In this document: positions 1 to 12,400 of the stretch, piece by piece
Position numbering within the stretch: position 1 is the first letter of the stretch
Layout of the letters: each line of letters begins with the position of its first letter
Assembly (NCBI GenBank): GCA_964036045.1
Contig: OZ038379.1
Span: 20,584,001 to 20,648,000, forward strand
Length of the DNA: 64,000 nt
Direction: 5' to 3'
Source of the DNA: Eutreptiella sp. 'Long Island Sound 2002'
Taxonomy: Eukaryota; Protista; Euglenida
The notes under the pieces: model-generated
Database searches by the model: none
The model's input: the letters and a program-made list of their open reading frames with translations, nothing else
Told to the model about the DNA's origin: nothing
Translations under genes and position numbers: made by a program

Positions 1-796
1 TTGTCCGCATCGCATAGGCCATCAGTTGTATGAGCCCACCCCGGGCACCTCGTTTGGACCCCCAGACCGATATACACCATCGTGTATATGCACATGGTAA
101 TATTCCATTGCCACCAATAGCCGGCAGCCGTGCCCATGGTACACCCCACTGAGCCCCACATATATAGGATTGTGTCCCTCTCCCCAAGGCAGTGAGTGAC
201 CTGAGCCGACCCGTGGTACTTGTACATACTCTCTTATAATGTAACACGAGGGTCTACAGGGGGGATGCCGGCCACCCCGCAGCATCAGAGGCACAACCCG
301 TGAATATCGCTGGCTGGGATTCGGGCTGGTGGGTGCCGTAGCTTATGGACCCCCTGTAGGGGCACCCACCAGAGGTTCGCCCCAGGCCGTGGTAACAGGT
401 TCACCCCATCTGGCCCACATACATTGCCCTGACGCCAACCCTTAACCCTTACCTACGCTGATTGGCCAGCTCCCGTGGTTGTGCCATCTCCGCCACAGTG
501 GCTGCCAGGCCGCAGGTTCGGCATCCACTGACGACGTGGCATGCCTACTTATAGCATTGGCCTGTGCCTCACCCCCTGGACCTCTCATACAAGCACGGTG
601 TACAATGGTACATCACGGGCCGCTCTTGCCACTCTACCCCTATATAGCCTTGCAAGCTCGCGATCACCGCTAAGGCTATGCTTGGTGCTTCAACCAGTGC
701 GTTGCACCACCGCCCGCTCACACCGCCACCGCGCCTCGCCAGGACATTGGGCGCCGCGTACAGCCTGTACCCGCGAGTGCCTCACTCTACGCTCAC

Positions 797-1317
797 CAGG
801 GTTTTGCTTAGTGTCCGTCCTACCCCACCCCGGGTGGGGGGGTGGGTGGGGGGTCTGGCAGAATTTCAGGGTGGGTGGGTGTCCAACCCCCCCCCCCCCC
901 CCGGGGTGGGGTGGGACTTTGTGGGGGCCCTTGGGTCTATTGAGCCAGTGCCACTTCTTTCTTTCTTCTGTTGCAGGTTCCATGTAACATGTTTATTTAT
1001 GGTGTGTTTACATGGTATTGCATATCACGTGTGCATGCCCCACGCCCATAAAGGGGCTAGGATGCATTGTCATTTGTGTCAAATGCGAAGGGGGCAACGG
1101 TAAAACATGATGGTTGTTCACCTCTGTGAAAAACTTGGTCTTCTGTATTGCATGTCTCAGTTGGGTACGCGGGTGGGTGGGTGGGTGTCAACCCCCCCCC
1201 CCCCCCCCCCGGGGGGGGGGGGTGGGACATTTGTCGGTCTGTGGGTATGCCAAAATTCTGGGTGGGTGGGTCCCTGAATTAACCCCCCCCCCCCTAGGGG
1301 GGCTAAGCAAAACCCTG
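797..1317. mobile_element. hAT-type MITE (521 bp)
   Basis: Perfect 15-bp TIR CAGGGTTTTGCTTAG (797-811) / CTAAGCAAAACCCTG (1303-1317). 8-bp TSD ACGCTCAC (789-796) / ACACTCAC (1318-1325), one mismatch. No coding capacity. Confidence 0.85.
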
Positions 1318-1429
1318 ACACTCACCATCGCCATCGCCCCCGCAGCCATGCTGCCGGCCATGTGTGTAGAGGTTAATCGGTTAGGCTATGTACATGCCCG
1401 CAGGCAGAGTCCCTCTAGTTTGCTTGTGG

Positions 1430-1930
1430 GGACAAGGGATGCCCCGATACGCCCTCTGAGTTGTTTCACGGGCCACAGGGACACCCCAGTACCTCCATGA
1501 GTTGTTCGAGTGGTCACGGGACAATTCACTACTCCCACTGAGTTGCTCCTGGGACCCGTGGGCGGCCCCTATACCTCCCTGAGTTGGTCCTGGGGTCAGG
1601 GGACACCCCCATACCCCCACAAATTTTCTCCCGGGGCCCGTGGGCGGCCCCGATACCTCCCTGGGTTGGTCGTGCGGTCAAGGGACACCCCCATACCCCC
1701 ACAGATTTTCTCCGGGGGCCCGTGGGCCCTCCCTTGGTGGGTACCGGGGTCAAGGGAGACCCCCATACCCCCACAAATTTTCTCCCGGGGCCCGTGGGCG
1801 GCCCCGATACCTCCCTGGGTTGGTCCTGGGGTTAGGAGGCACCCCTATACCCCCACGAATTTTCTTCCGGGGCATGTGGGCTGCCCCAATACCTCCTTGA
1901 GTTGTTCCTGGGGCCAAGGGGCACCCCCAT
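1430..1930. repeat. GC-rich minisatellite, ~82-bp unit, about 5-6 degenerate copies
   Basis: The motif ATACCTCC(C/T)TGGGTTGGTCCTGGGGTCAAGGGACACCCCCATACCCCCACAAATTTTCTCC recurs, with ATACCTCC starts at 1571, 1653, 1807 and 1889. Outer boundaries approximate. Confidence 0.75.
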
Positions 1931-3739
1931 AGCGGCATCCCCCCACTGCCAGACCGCATACACGTACACCCGTCCAAGCCATAATGCCCGCCTGAGCCTT
2001 ATCGGCCCGCGTCCTTCTCCAGTCGCCATTCATCATCGACTTGTAGCACCTTTGCATACCCCATGTGGCCATCCAGGCTGCGGTGACTCCACACGCAGCC
2101 CGACCTATCGAGCTGCTCCCCACAGCCCGTGGAGAATACCAGCAGCACCAGCATGGGGACATGTACTTATCTATTTAACCCCCCGGAGTAACCCGAGGAT
2201 GAATCCCCGTGACTGCCGTAGCCAGGTCGCCAATATAGACCCCGGTGCCATGGGAATACCGTACAGGGGTTTGGGCCTCATTACCCTGGTCGAGACAACC
2301 CATGACACCTCACTATTGTACGCGACGACCCGGGGCAGGCGGGCGTAACCATACTTTGTTCGAACCGTGCATGCGGGGGCGGTACCGTGCACTATCAGGC
2401 CGGCACGACCTACCACGTGGCGATGGCCGTCATATCACACTGGCCGCTGCCGCATGCACAAGCCAATAGGACGCCACGTCTCATATGCCATCTCTGCTGC
2501 TGCATCCACCAAATGGACAACACTCGGCATTCCACCCACTGGTGCGCTTGGTCACACTGCATCATCCACGTACCTAGCCATTCCCCTATAAATCTGTCAG
2601 GTCCCCTCTGTGATGCCAGAGCCACAGGACCCGGGAGTCGCCGTCCACTGCAACCCACCACAGTAGCAAGGGAAGCACCACAGTCGGGGCATCTGGGCAG
2701 CGCACTCCATCCACATGTACATCCCGTAAGTCACGATGGATTGCCTTCCACGCGCTTGACGACGGTTGTCCTGGGTGCCGCAGCGCCCACCTTGTGGCCA
2801 AATCCCCGACCCTGATGGCAGGACTTGCGAACAAGATCAGCACTCTGTTGTCCTGTGGTGTGGTGCTTTGACTGTATCACTGGTGAACCTCTGCGGAACA
2901 CTGGTGTTGCAGAGTGCGATGCACTGGTCTTTTGTGTCACAGGCACAGTGTGACTAGAGCAGTGCCGGAGCCAAGTGTGTCTGGGCAGCAAGATTACGAG
3001 GAGGAGATGCGGCTCCCGTCGGCCGGCGGTACCGGTGACAGGGGGATGCTGAAGGGGGCGGTAGCGGGGACCTCGCCAACGGGCCCCTGGACGGACGGAC
3101 GAACCGGGGCTCGAACCCCCGCCGACGACGAGCGCCACCCATGGCGCATACCACTAGACCGTCTATGCCTCTTACGATATTTGATGCAAAGTACCTTCAA
3201 ACCTTACATGACATTATCCCGGGGGGGGGGGGGGGGTTGTGCCATGCTCACTGCTCATTGTAGCTTGGTTCATGCCCCTTAGTAGGTGGTGTGTGTGAGG
3301 GGGCCGTAGGTCCCAGCCCCTCCGTTGAAGATTCTGTCTGTCACGACGACATGTTAGAGTCTGTGCTTCCCATGGAGACGGTTTCATCGGCTCATGTAGC
3401 AAATTTGTCCTCTTCCAGAAAGTTCAATGCACATACAACCGACCTGCTGTCCTCTGACGACACATCTGAGGCCGGAGAGTCGATGAGTTGGAGGCCCAAG
3501 GACAGGGACAGGAGGGCCCCGCTTGCCCCTGTGGGCGTGTAGAAGTCCATGGCTGACTCAAACTCCGGCTGCCTGATGGGGGAGGGGAGCACCCCCCCCC
3601 CCCCCTTGCTGCAGGTGTGACCTGGGCAAAGCCCAGGTCTGCTTCACAAACCGTTGGTGTCATTTCAACACTAAATTTCATAGCAGATGCTGAGTCAACC
3701 GGAGGCGACTGCCGAAGGTCACCCGCCAGCGGGCCCATG

Positions 3740-4050
3740 CATTGCAAAGCATCCCCAACGCATTACAAAGGATCCCCCATGCATTACAAAGGATCCCCCA
3801 CGCATTACAAAGGATCCCCGATGCATTACAAAGGATCCCCCATGCATTACAAAGGATCCCCCACGCCGCATTACAAAGGATCCCCCACGCATTACAAAGG
3901 ATCCCCCACACATTACAAAGGATCCCCCACGCATTACAAAGGATCCCCCATGCATTACAAAGGATCCCCCATGCATTACAAAGGATCCCCCATGCATTAC
4001 AAAGGATCCCCCACGCATTACAAAGGATCCCCCACACATGGCAAAGGATC
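3740..4050. repeat. 21-bp minisatellite CATTACAAAGGATCCCCCA(T/C)G, 13 copies plus 2 degenerate end copies (also at 5610-5920 and 7479-7789)
   Basis: Counted directly. Head-to-tail with no spacers; each unit contains GGATCC. Confidence 0.95.
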
Positions 4051-4142
4051 AGTCGTGCGCACGGCGTGTCGCACACCGTAGCCGGTTTCTGTGGGAGCTT
4101 TTCTGTCTTTGTGTGCGGGGTGTACCGTGCCCGTAGTAGCAT

Positions 4143-4210
4143 ATCGTCATAGTACAGTGGGTAGTGCACACCTCCTCCATGCCACGGAGGTGGGTTCGAA
4201 CCCCGGGGGG
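4143..4210 (+). mobile_element. tRNA-derived SINE-like head 1 (Pol III A/B boxes), repeated in each tandem unit
   Basis: A-box TAGTACAGTGG (4150-4160), B-box GGTTCGAACCC (4193-4203), CCTCC/GGAGG stem in the anticodon-arm position, followed by poly-G. No acceptor stem. Confidence 0.6.
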
Positions 4211-4487
4211 GGGGGGGGCTGAGAACCACCGAACGTCCCGAAACCCCCTCTTTTCTCTATTGGTGGTGTGTAGTATAGGGCGAGCATACCTGAAAGTGCA
4301 CGGGGGCCCGGCCCCGCAGTGCGCTCCATCATCGTGGGCCGTCGCGAACCGTGGAGGCGCCGGCGCCGGTTGGCAGCTCATAAACAGTTGCTGCTCTTGG
4401 TTGGTGCTGGCGGTAGGCCACTTCTACCGGCCTTGCAAAACAAGTAGTACGAGGTGGTGGGTTTGGCAGCAGCTATATCGCCACATC

Positions 4488-4556
4488 GGTAGCGTAGTAT
4501 AGTGGAAGTGCACGGGTGCTTCGTCCCGGGGGGCGTAGGTTCGATGCCCGCTGCCA
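4488..4556 (+). mobile_element. tRNA-derived SINE-like head 2 / tRNA pseudogene, repeated in each tandem unit
   Basis: A-box TAGTATAGTGG (4495-4505), B-box GGTTCGATGCC (4538-4548), acceptor-like stem GGTAGCG (4488-4494) / CGCTGCC (4549-4555), CGGG/CCCG arm with an 8-nt loop. The T-arm is short, so this is not a canonical tRNA. Confidence 0.6.
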
Positions 4557-7500
4557 GGCGTGTAGACGATGGCGCCGGCAGCCTGCTTCTTTCCTCCCTT
4601 TGTTTATGCCGTTAGTAGGTGAGAGGAGTTTTTACACTCTCAGTTGACACATCGTCGTGGCACTATAGTGGACAGTCACCCAGCCTTGAGTTCCCTGGGT
4701 GTAGGATCGAATCATGGGGGCTCGTAGCAGGCGGGTATGGCGACACCGTCCATAGAAATCTCCCTCCCGTCGGCCACTTTGTTTCTATTTTTTTCCTTTC
4801 CATACCTGGGTCCTGCTGCACAGGAGTGATTGGTTTGTTCGTGCGGTGTTTCCGCGACCCACTATGTTGGCACTCGTTCTGGCACGGGGAACGGCGACCG
4901 CACATGCACGGCTTGGGGCTCCTGGGGCTATAGTGTGTTTGTTCGTTGCAGTGTTTCTGCTCTGCCCCTGGTTCGACTAGTTGTGGGGGGTCAGCCTCAT
5001 TGACCCGCTAACTCCGGCATAACCAGCCATATGAAGTCCATATGTCCATACGTAGGAGGGATGGAGTATTGTTCCTATGGCTAGGAAGCTGTGAATCAGT
5101 GTGCCAGGGGCTACTACAAGGCCCACACATGAACTCCGAACTCATGGTTAGTAGGTGGTGTGTGTGAGGGGGCCGTAGGTCCCAGCCCCTCTGTTGAAGA
5201 TTCTGTCTGTCACGACGACATGTTAGAGTATGTGCTTCCCATGGAGACGGTTTCATCGGCTCATGTAGCAAATTTGTCCTCTTCCATAAAGTTCAATGCA
5301 CATACAACCGACCTGCTGTCCTCTGACGACACATCTGAGGCCGGAGAGTCGATGAGTTGGAGGCCCAAGGACAGGGACAGGAGGGCCCCGCTTGCCCCTG
5401 TGGGCGTGTAGAAGTCCATGGCTGACTCAAACTCCGGCTGCCTGATGGGGGAGGGGAGCACCCCCCCCCCCCCCCTTGCTGCAGGTGTGACCTGGGCAAA
5501 GCCCAGGTCTGCTTCACAAACCGTTGGTGTCATTTCAACACTAAATTTCATAGCAGATGCTGAGTCAACCGGAGGCGACTGCCGAAGGTCACCCGCCAGC
5601 GGGCCCATGCATTGCAAAGCATCCCCAACGCATTACAAAGGATCCCCCATGCATTACAAAGGATCCCCCACGCATTACAAAGGATCCCCGATGCATTACA
5701 AAGGATCCCCCATGCATTACAAAGGATCCCCCACGCCGCATTACAAAGGATCCCCCACGCATTACAAAGGATCCCCCACACATTACAAAGGATCCCCCAC
5801 GCATTACAAAGGATCCCCCATGCATTACAAAGGATCCCCCATGCATTACAAAGGATCCCCCATGCATTACAAAGGATCCCCCACGCATTACAAAGGATCC
5901 CCCACACATGGCAAAGGATCAGTCGTGCGCACGGCGTGTCGCACACCGTAGCCGGTTTCTGTGGGAGCTTTTCTGTCTTTGTGTGCGGGGTGTACCGTGC
6001 CCGTAGTAGCATATCGTCATAGTACAGTGGGTAGTGCACACCTCCTCCATGCCACGGAGGTGGGTTCGAACCCCGGGGGGGGGGGGGGCTGAGAACCACC
6101 GAACGTCCCGAAACCCCCTCTTTTCTCTATTGGTGGTGTGTAGTATAGGGCGAGCATACCTGAAAGTGCACGGGGGCCCGGCCCCGCAGTGCGCTCCATC
6201 ATCGTGGGCCGTCGCGAACCGTGGAGGCGACGGCGCCGGTTGGCAGCTCATAAACAGTTGCTGCTCTTGGTTGGTGCTGGCGGTAGGCCACTTCTACCGG
6301 CCTTGCAAAACAAGTAGTACGAGGTGGTGGGTTTGGCAGCAGCTATATCGCCACATCGGTAGCGTAGTATAGTGGAAGTGCACGGGTGCTTCGTCCCGGG
6401 GGGCGTAGGTTCGATGCCCGCTGCCACGCGTGTAGACGATGGCGCCGGCAGCCTGCTTCTTTCCTCCCTTTGTTTATGCCGTTAGTAGGTGAGAGGAGTT
6501 TTTACACTCTCAGTTGACACATCGTCGTGGCACTATAGTGGACAGTCACCCAGCCTTGAGTTCCCTGGGTGTAGGATCGAATCATGGGGGCTCGTAGCAG
6601 GCGGGTATGGCGACACCGTCCATAGAAATCTCCCTCCCGTCGGCCACTTTGTTTCTATTTTTTTCCTTTCCATACCTGGGTCCTGCTGCACAGGAGTGAT
6701 TGGTTTGTTCGTGCGGTGTTTCCGCGACCCACTATGTTGGCACTCGTTCTGGCACGGGGAACGGCGACCGCACATGCACGGCTTGGGGCTCCTGGGGCTA
6801 TAGTGTGTTTGTTCGTTGCAGTGTTTCTGCTCTGCCCCTGGTTCGACTAGTTGTGGGGGGTCAGCCTCATTGACCCGCTAACTCCGGCATAACCAGCCAT
6901 ATGAAGTCCATATGTCCATACGTAGGAGGGATGGAGTATTGTTCCTATGGCTAGGAAGCTGCGAATCAGTGTGCCAGGGGCTACTACAAGGCCCACACAT
7001 GAACTCCGAGCTCATGGTTAGTAGGTGGTGTGTGTGAGGGGGCCGTAGGTCCCAGCCCCTCTGTTGAAGATTCTGTCTGTCACGACGACATGTTAGAGTC
7101 TGTGCTTCCCATGGAGACGGTTTCATCGGCTCATGTAGCAAATTTGTCCTCTTCCATAAAGTTCAATGCACATACAACCGACCTGCTGTCCTCTGACGAC
7201 ACATCTGAGGCCGGAGAGTCGATGAGTTGGAGGCCCAAGGACAGGGACAGGAGGGCCCTGCTTGCCCCTGTGGGCGTGTAGAAGTCCATGGCTGACTCAA
7301 ACTCCGGCTGCCTGATGGGGGAGGGGAGCACCCCCCCCCCCCCCTTGCTGCAGGTGTGACCTGGGCAAAGCCCAGGTCTGCTTCACAAACCGTTGGTGTC
7401 ATTTCAACACTAAATTTCATAGCAGATGCTGAGTCAACCGGAGGCGACTGCCGAAGGTCACCCGCCAGCGGGCCCATGCATTGCAAAGCATCCCCAACGC

Positions 7501-8958
7501 ATTACAAAGGATCCCCCATGCATTACAAAGGATCCCCCACGCATTACAAAGGATCCCCGATGCATTACAAAGGATCCCCCATGCATTACAAAGGATCCCC
7601 CACGCCGCATTACAAAGGATCCCCCACGCATTACAAAGGATCCCCCACACATTACAAAGGATCCCCCACGCATTACAAAGGATCCCCCATGCATTACAAA
7701 GGATCCCCCATGCATTACAAAGGATCCCCCATGCAATACAAAGGATCCCCCACGCATTACAAAGGATCCCCCACACATGGCAAAGGATCAGTCGTGCGCA
7801 CGGCGTGTCGCACACCGTAGCCGGTTTCTGTGGGAGCTTTTCTGTCTTTGTGTGCGGGGTGTACCGTGCCCGTAGTAGCATATCGTCATAGTACAGTGGG
7901 TAGTGCACACCTCCTCCATGCCACGGAGGTGGGTTCGAACCCCGGGGGGGGGGGGGGGTGAGAACCACCGAACGTCCCGAAACCCCCTCTTTTCTCTATT
8001 GGTGGTGTGTAGTATAGGGCGAGCATACCTGAAAGTGCACGGGGGCCCGGCCCCGCAGTGCGCTCCATCATCGTGGGCCGTCGCGAACCGTGGAGGCGAC
8101 GGCGCCGGTTGGCAGCTCATAAACAGTTGCTGCTCTTGGTTGGTGCTGGCGGTAGGCCACTTCTACCGGCCTTGCAAAACAAGTAGTACGAGGTGGTGGG
8201 TTTGGCAGCAGCTATATCGCCACATCGGTAGCGTAGTATAGTGGAAGTGCACGGGTGCTTCGTCCCGGGGGGCGTAGGTTCGATGCCCGCTGCCAGGCGT
8301 GTAGACGATGGCGCCGGCAGCCTGCTTCTTTCCTCCCTTTGTTTATGCCGTTAGTAGGTGAGAGGAGTTTTTACACTCTCAGTTGACACATCGTCGTGGC
8401 ACTATAGTGGACAGTCACCCAGCCTTGAGTTCCCTGGGGGTAGGATCGAATCATGGGGGCTCGTAGCAGGCGGGTATGGCGACACCGTCCATAGAAATCT
8501 CCCTCCCGTCGGCCACTTTGTTTCTATTTTTTTCCTTTCCATACCTGGGTCCTGCTGCACAGGAGTGATTGGTTTGTTCGTTGCGGTGTTTCCGCGACCC
8601 ACTATGTTGGCACTCGTTCTGGCACGGGGAACGGCGACCGCACATGCACGGCTTGGGGCTCCTGGGGCTATAGTGTGTTTGTTCGTTGCAGTGTTTCTGC
8701 TCTGCCCCTGGTTCGACTAGTTGTGGGGGGTCAGCCTCATTGACCCGCTAACTCCGGCATAACCAGCCATATGAAGTCCATATGTCCATACGTAGGAGGG
8801 ATGGAGTATTGTTCCTATGGCTAGGAAGCTGTGAATCAGTGTGCCAGGGGCTACTACAAGGCCCACACATGAACTCCGAACTCATGGTTATTGCAGCGAT
8901 GTAGGATGTAGGAATGTTGAACTTCGCAGTTTGAGCATGATTCGAATGGAAGCCTTGG

Positions 8959-9046
8959 TACATACATACATACATACATACATACATACATACATACATA
9001 CATACATACATACATACATACATACATACATACATACATACATACA
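8959..9046. repeat. (TACA)22 microsatellite abutting the 3' tail of the LINE
   Basis: Direct count. Confidence 0.95.
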
Positions 9047-9425
9047 TGATTTGATTTGATTTGATTTGATTTGAAAAATCCGCTTTGTCTGGGTTCGGAC
9101 CAGTCCCCTTCCTAGTTCCACAGCAAGCCTCCCCTACAACCTACACACCGAACACAAAGCAAATCAAATCTCTGAACGAATGTGACTTAGCAAGGATGTG
9201 ACTGTCGACTCAGGCCACTCCCTTCTGAAAGCACGTGTTATGTCGACTCAGTACATGTGTTTCCCCTTGCCTTTGTCACCCTGCTTACCCATGGATCCTC
9301 CTTTGCTTCCCTTAGCCCCAGAATAGGCATAGTGGTATGACCCATAAGTCGTGCTGGGAGCCGATGTCGATCTGTGCCTCCCAGAATCTGGCTGATACCT
9401 GTTCGCACGCCCTGAAGAGAGACGG

Positions 9426-12400
9426 TTACCAAATTTGCATGTCTAGAACAGGTTTCAGCACAGGCGGGGGAACACCACGGGAGTGAGAGGCATCAGAAAT
9501 AACCCACCCCAGTGACAGACACGACTGTTCTGTCCGCACCATAAAACGCCACAGCTGGAGTTCCGAATCCTGGCGAAGCCCCTCCCATGGCCATTGCACA
9601 CCCAGGAGGCACCAATACACACCCTCCCCCCCCAGTCGTCTCCTCATTGCCTCTCTGACGACAGAATGAAGGTTCCCTTGGCATTCGCTGATCCATACGG
9701 AGGGGACTTTCGAGTGCCAGACCGTCATCTTAACTGTCCCCTTGCCACACACCAGAACATGCCCTACGTATCCTTTCCCCCTGACAGACGAGAAAAGAAC
9801 CCAGAGCAGGTTGGAGGGAGTGTGACTGTCCAGATGTGCAGCTGGCGTGTGAAACCCCAGCAGCACACCTGAGTTCATTCGTGCAGTCCACTGAGAATGA
9901 AACATAGGGCACTGAAGCCGGACATTATCTGTATCGTACCCACCGTGTACCATGGAATACGCGCTCTCTAGGACTTGATAAATAAGGATATGTGGTTGAC
10001 TGACACCCAATTTGGGGAGAACCAGCGAAATACCCCTAATTGGGCCTAACCCCGGCCATATGGGCCACACAGGCTTCACTGATTTCGAGGAATCAGACAT
10101 GGCGGCTCCCTTCGCAGGATGACACCAGACAATGAACAGACCCGGATGTCCCAAAATCTCAACACCCCCCCATCGAAGAGCGATACGGTTACGGGGAATG
10201 CCCGCAGCCCACAGAATTTCGCAGACATGTCCAGACCAAGCAAGAACCCGCACTTTAGTAAATACGCATTCGTGGAATCTATGCTGTGTTACCGAGTGGC
10301 ACCACATGGAGCACAGTGAACATTCCGCTTCTCTGTGCTGCCACTCCCACTGGTCTGCTGACGCATACACACTCCAAGCCCTTATGCGTCCCCAATGCTC
10401 TATTCCTAATGGCTGCAGCTGCACCCAGCACTTGAGCCCTGAGACCGATTCGGGTAGCACCATGCGCCATGATCTCTCCGGAGGGGCGGGTGAGCAAGAG
10501 GAAGAGACGCTGAGGAGAGCATCATCAGTTTGACTAAGCAAATGTCGTTTGAGGTCGACAATCAATCTCTCCCCCTGGAATGGAAGAATGGAATCTCTGT
10601 CCAGCCGTACATCAAGAACTGAGACCTCCTGACGCTCACCGCGCGCACCAGCTTTCGCTTCAGAGTCCATTTCTGAGTTGAACGATGATATCCAGTCATC
10701 AAGTTCCGTATCGTGCCGTGCTGGCACCCAACCCATCTGAACCGGAAGATGCGTCAAGACAAAGTGCGCGACAACCCTGTCCATGATTGATGCAGTTTTG
10801 TCCGCCATGTCTCTGGACTGCAGCGACTGCACAGCTGACAAACAGTCAGACCACACCCAGATTTCTTTTAAGCACACGCCATGGGAGGAGACAAATTCGG
10901 CAATGGCAACTACCGCAGAGACAACAACAGAGGCTTCTACCAATTTGGTGCTGAGACCAATAGCAGAGAGGGATACACTGTATTCCAGCCACACATGACC
11001 CTGACCGTCCACAACTTTTGCCGCTCCCCCCCAGCAATCCTTGAGGCTTGCATCACCAAAAACATACAAAACCGTAGGAAAAGCATCCCCCCAAGGCGGT
11101 TTCACACACCACTTAGCCCCTTGACCTGACCCGAGTTTGCGAAACTGAATGCCCAAGCTTTGGAGCCTGGACTGAATGCGTTGAGAGTCGCTGTCAAAGC
11201 GATGTAGGCACGGGTTCGACCAGTGTGCCCACGCAGATTGGGCCAGCAGGGCGTTGGGCCCATTTAGAGACTTAAACAGTTCATTGATGACTGTGACCCA
11301 AAGGACATGATCTGGGGCAGCTTTTCCTAGAATGGAAACTATGCAGGCACGTGGAGTATTGGGAGCCAACCCAAAGACCAGTCTGTACACCCTGCATATG
11401 GACCCTGTCACTGAACTGATTTGCACGTCCGTTGGCACATTCACACAGCAGCGAAACACAAGCCTGTTGACTACAAGTCCTTCTATCACAGTGTGTGCCA
11501 CACCCACCGACACGGGCCACCCTCGCAGCCTGCTGATGACCGTTCGAGACCACCTTGTAATGACTTTTTTGACGGTAGGGAACCCTCCTAAAATATTAGC
11601 GTTTCCCCCCAGGAATTTTATGTGTTGGTGTCTACTGGTGGACCACACTGGCTTGTCGTCCCAGGCGACCGATTTGCTGACACTGCAGACTGAGCCTTGT
11701 TTGACCTGAAGTACTTGAACGTTCATTTTGGAGCTATTGTTGCGTTGTCCGACGCAGTCAATAATAACACGAAGGTGGTCGGCCACGCGCTGTCTGTCGT
11801 CTATGCTAGAAAACCCCACTGTGTCGTCTACATAGCCCAGAGAAGCAATCATTTCTACCGAGGGAGGAACACATACCGGAACCCCAACCCCTAGTTGACG
11901 CATGGCAAGATGTATCAAATTAACCGCAAGTATGTAAAAAAGTGGATCTAAACCCCCCCCTTGAAGGACACCCTCCACTTGACAATACGACTCTGATAGG
12001 CCCAGGGCAGAAACTACGTATTGCCTGAAGGACATGTAGTGATGAACCACTTCATGCACAACGCCACGTAAAAACGGATACGTATCAGCAACCCTCAGAA
12101 TGGCTTGCCTGTTGATTTCATCAAAGGCACCAGAGAAATCCAAAAACATCGTCGTAACATCACCTCGCACCGCCAGGGATTGGGTGATCACTGTGTGTAG
12201 CATGCGGCGCAGGGCATGCGCGGAAGACCCTTTAAACCCTGCATACTGTCTACAACCAGACTCACTTGGTGCTGTGGCCAGCTGAATCAAAGGGGCATAC
12301 AGTTTAGCCTGTATGCGAAATAGGGCTGAGAGAAGTTTAATAGGTCTAGTATTGACATTGACATTGTCACCCGCAGATTTTTTTAGTGTAAGGTGTAGAG

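Larger units (their letters stand above)
3279..8890. repeat. Tandem array of three near-identical ~1.87-kb units (3279-5147, 5148-7017, 7018-8890)
   Basis: Each unit starts TTAGTAGGTGGTGTGTGTGAGG. The same ORF-track entries repeat at offsets 1870 and 1869. Only scattered SNPs and homopolymer-length differences separate the copies. Confidence 0.95.

Noticed and set aside
3740-4050. CRISPR array or repeat protein (HYKGSP, ITKDPP, AWGILCN ORFs)
   Set aside because: The 21-bp units are contiguous with no spacers. All six frames are open only because 21 is a multiple of 3 and the unit lacks stops. No cas genes; eukaryotic context.
4488-4556. Functional tRNA gene
   Set aside because: The anticodon loop has 8 nt and the T-stem and acceptor stem overlap (about 2 nt missing). 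Better explained as a SINE head or pseudogene.
4775-4800. Spliced-leader RNA exon (ACTTTGTTTCTATTTTTTTCC resembles the Euglena SL)
   Set aside because: It lacks the central CTGAGT and the following GT donor, no 5S gene is in the unit, and the match is low complexity.
8748-9121. ORFs MYVCMYVC / HTYIHTYI (also at 18678-18990) and CVCV / HTHT ORFs near 44200
   Set aside because: These are translations of (TACA)n and (TG)n microsatellites.
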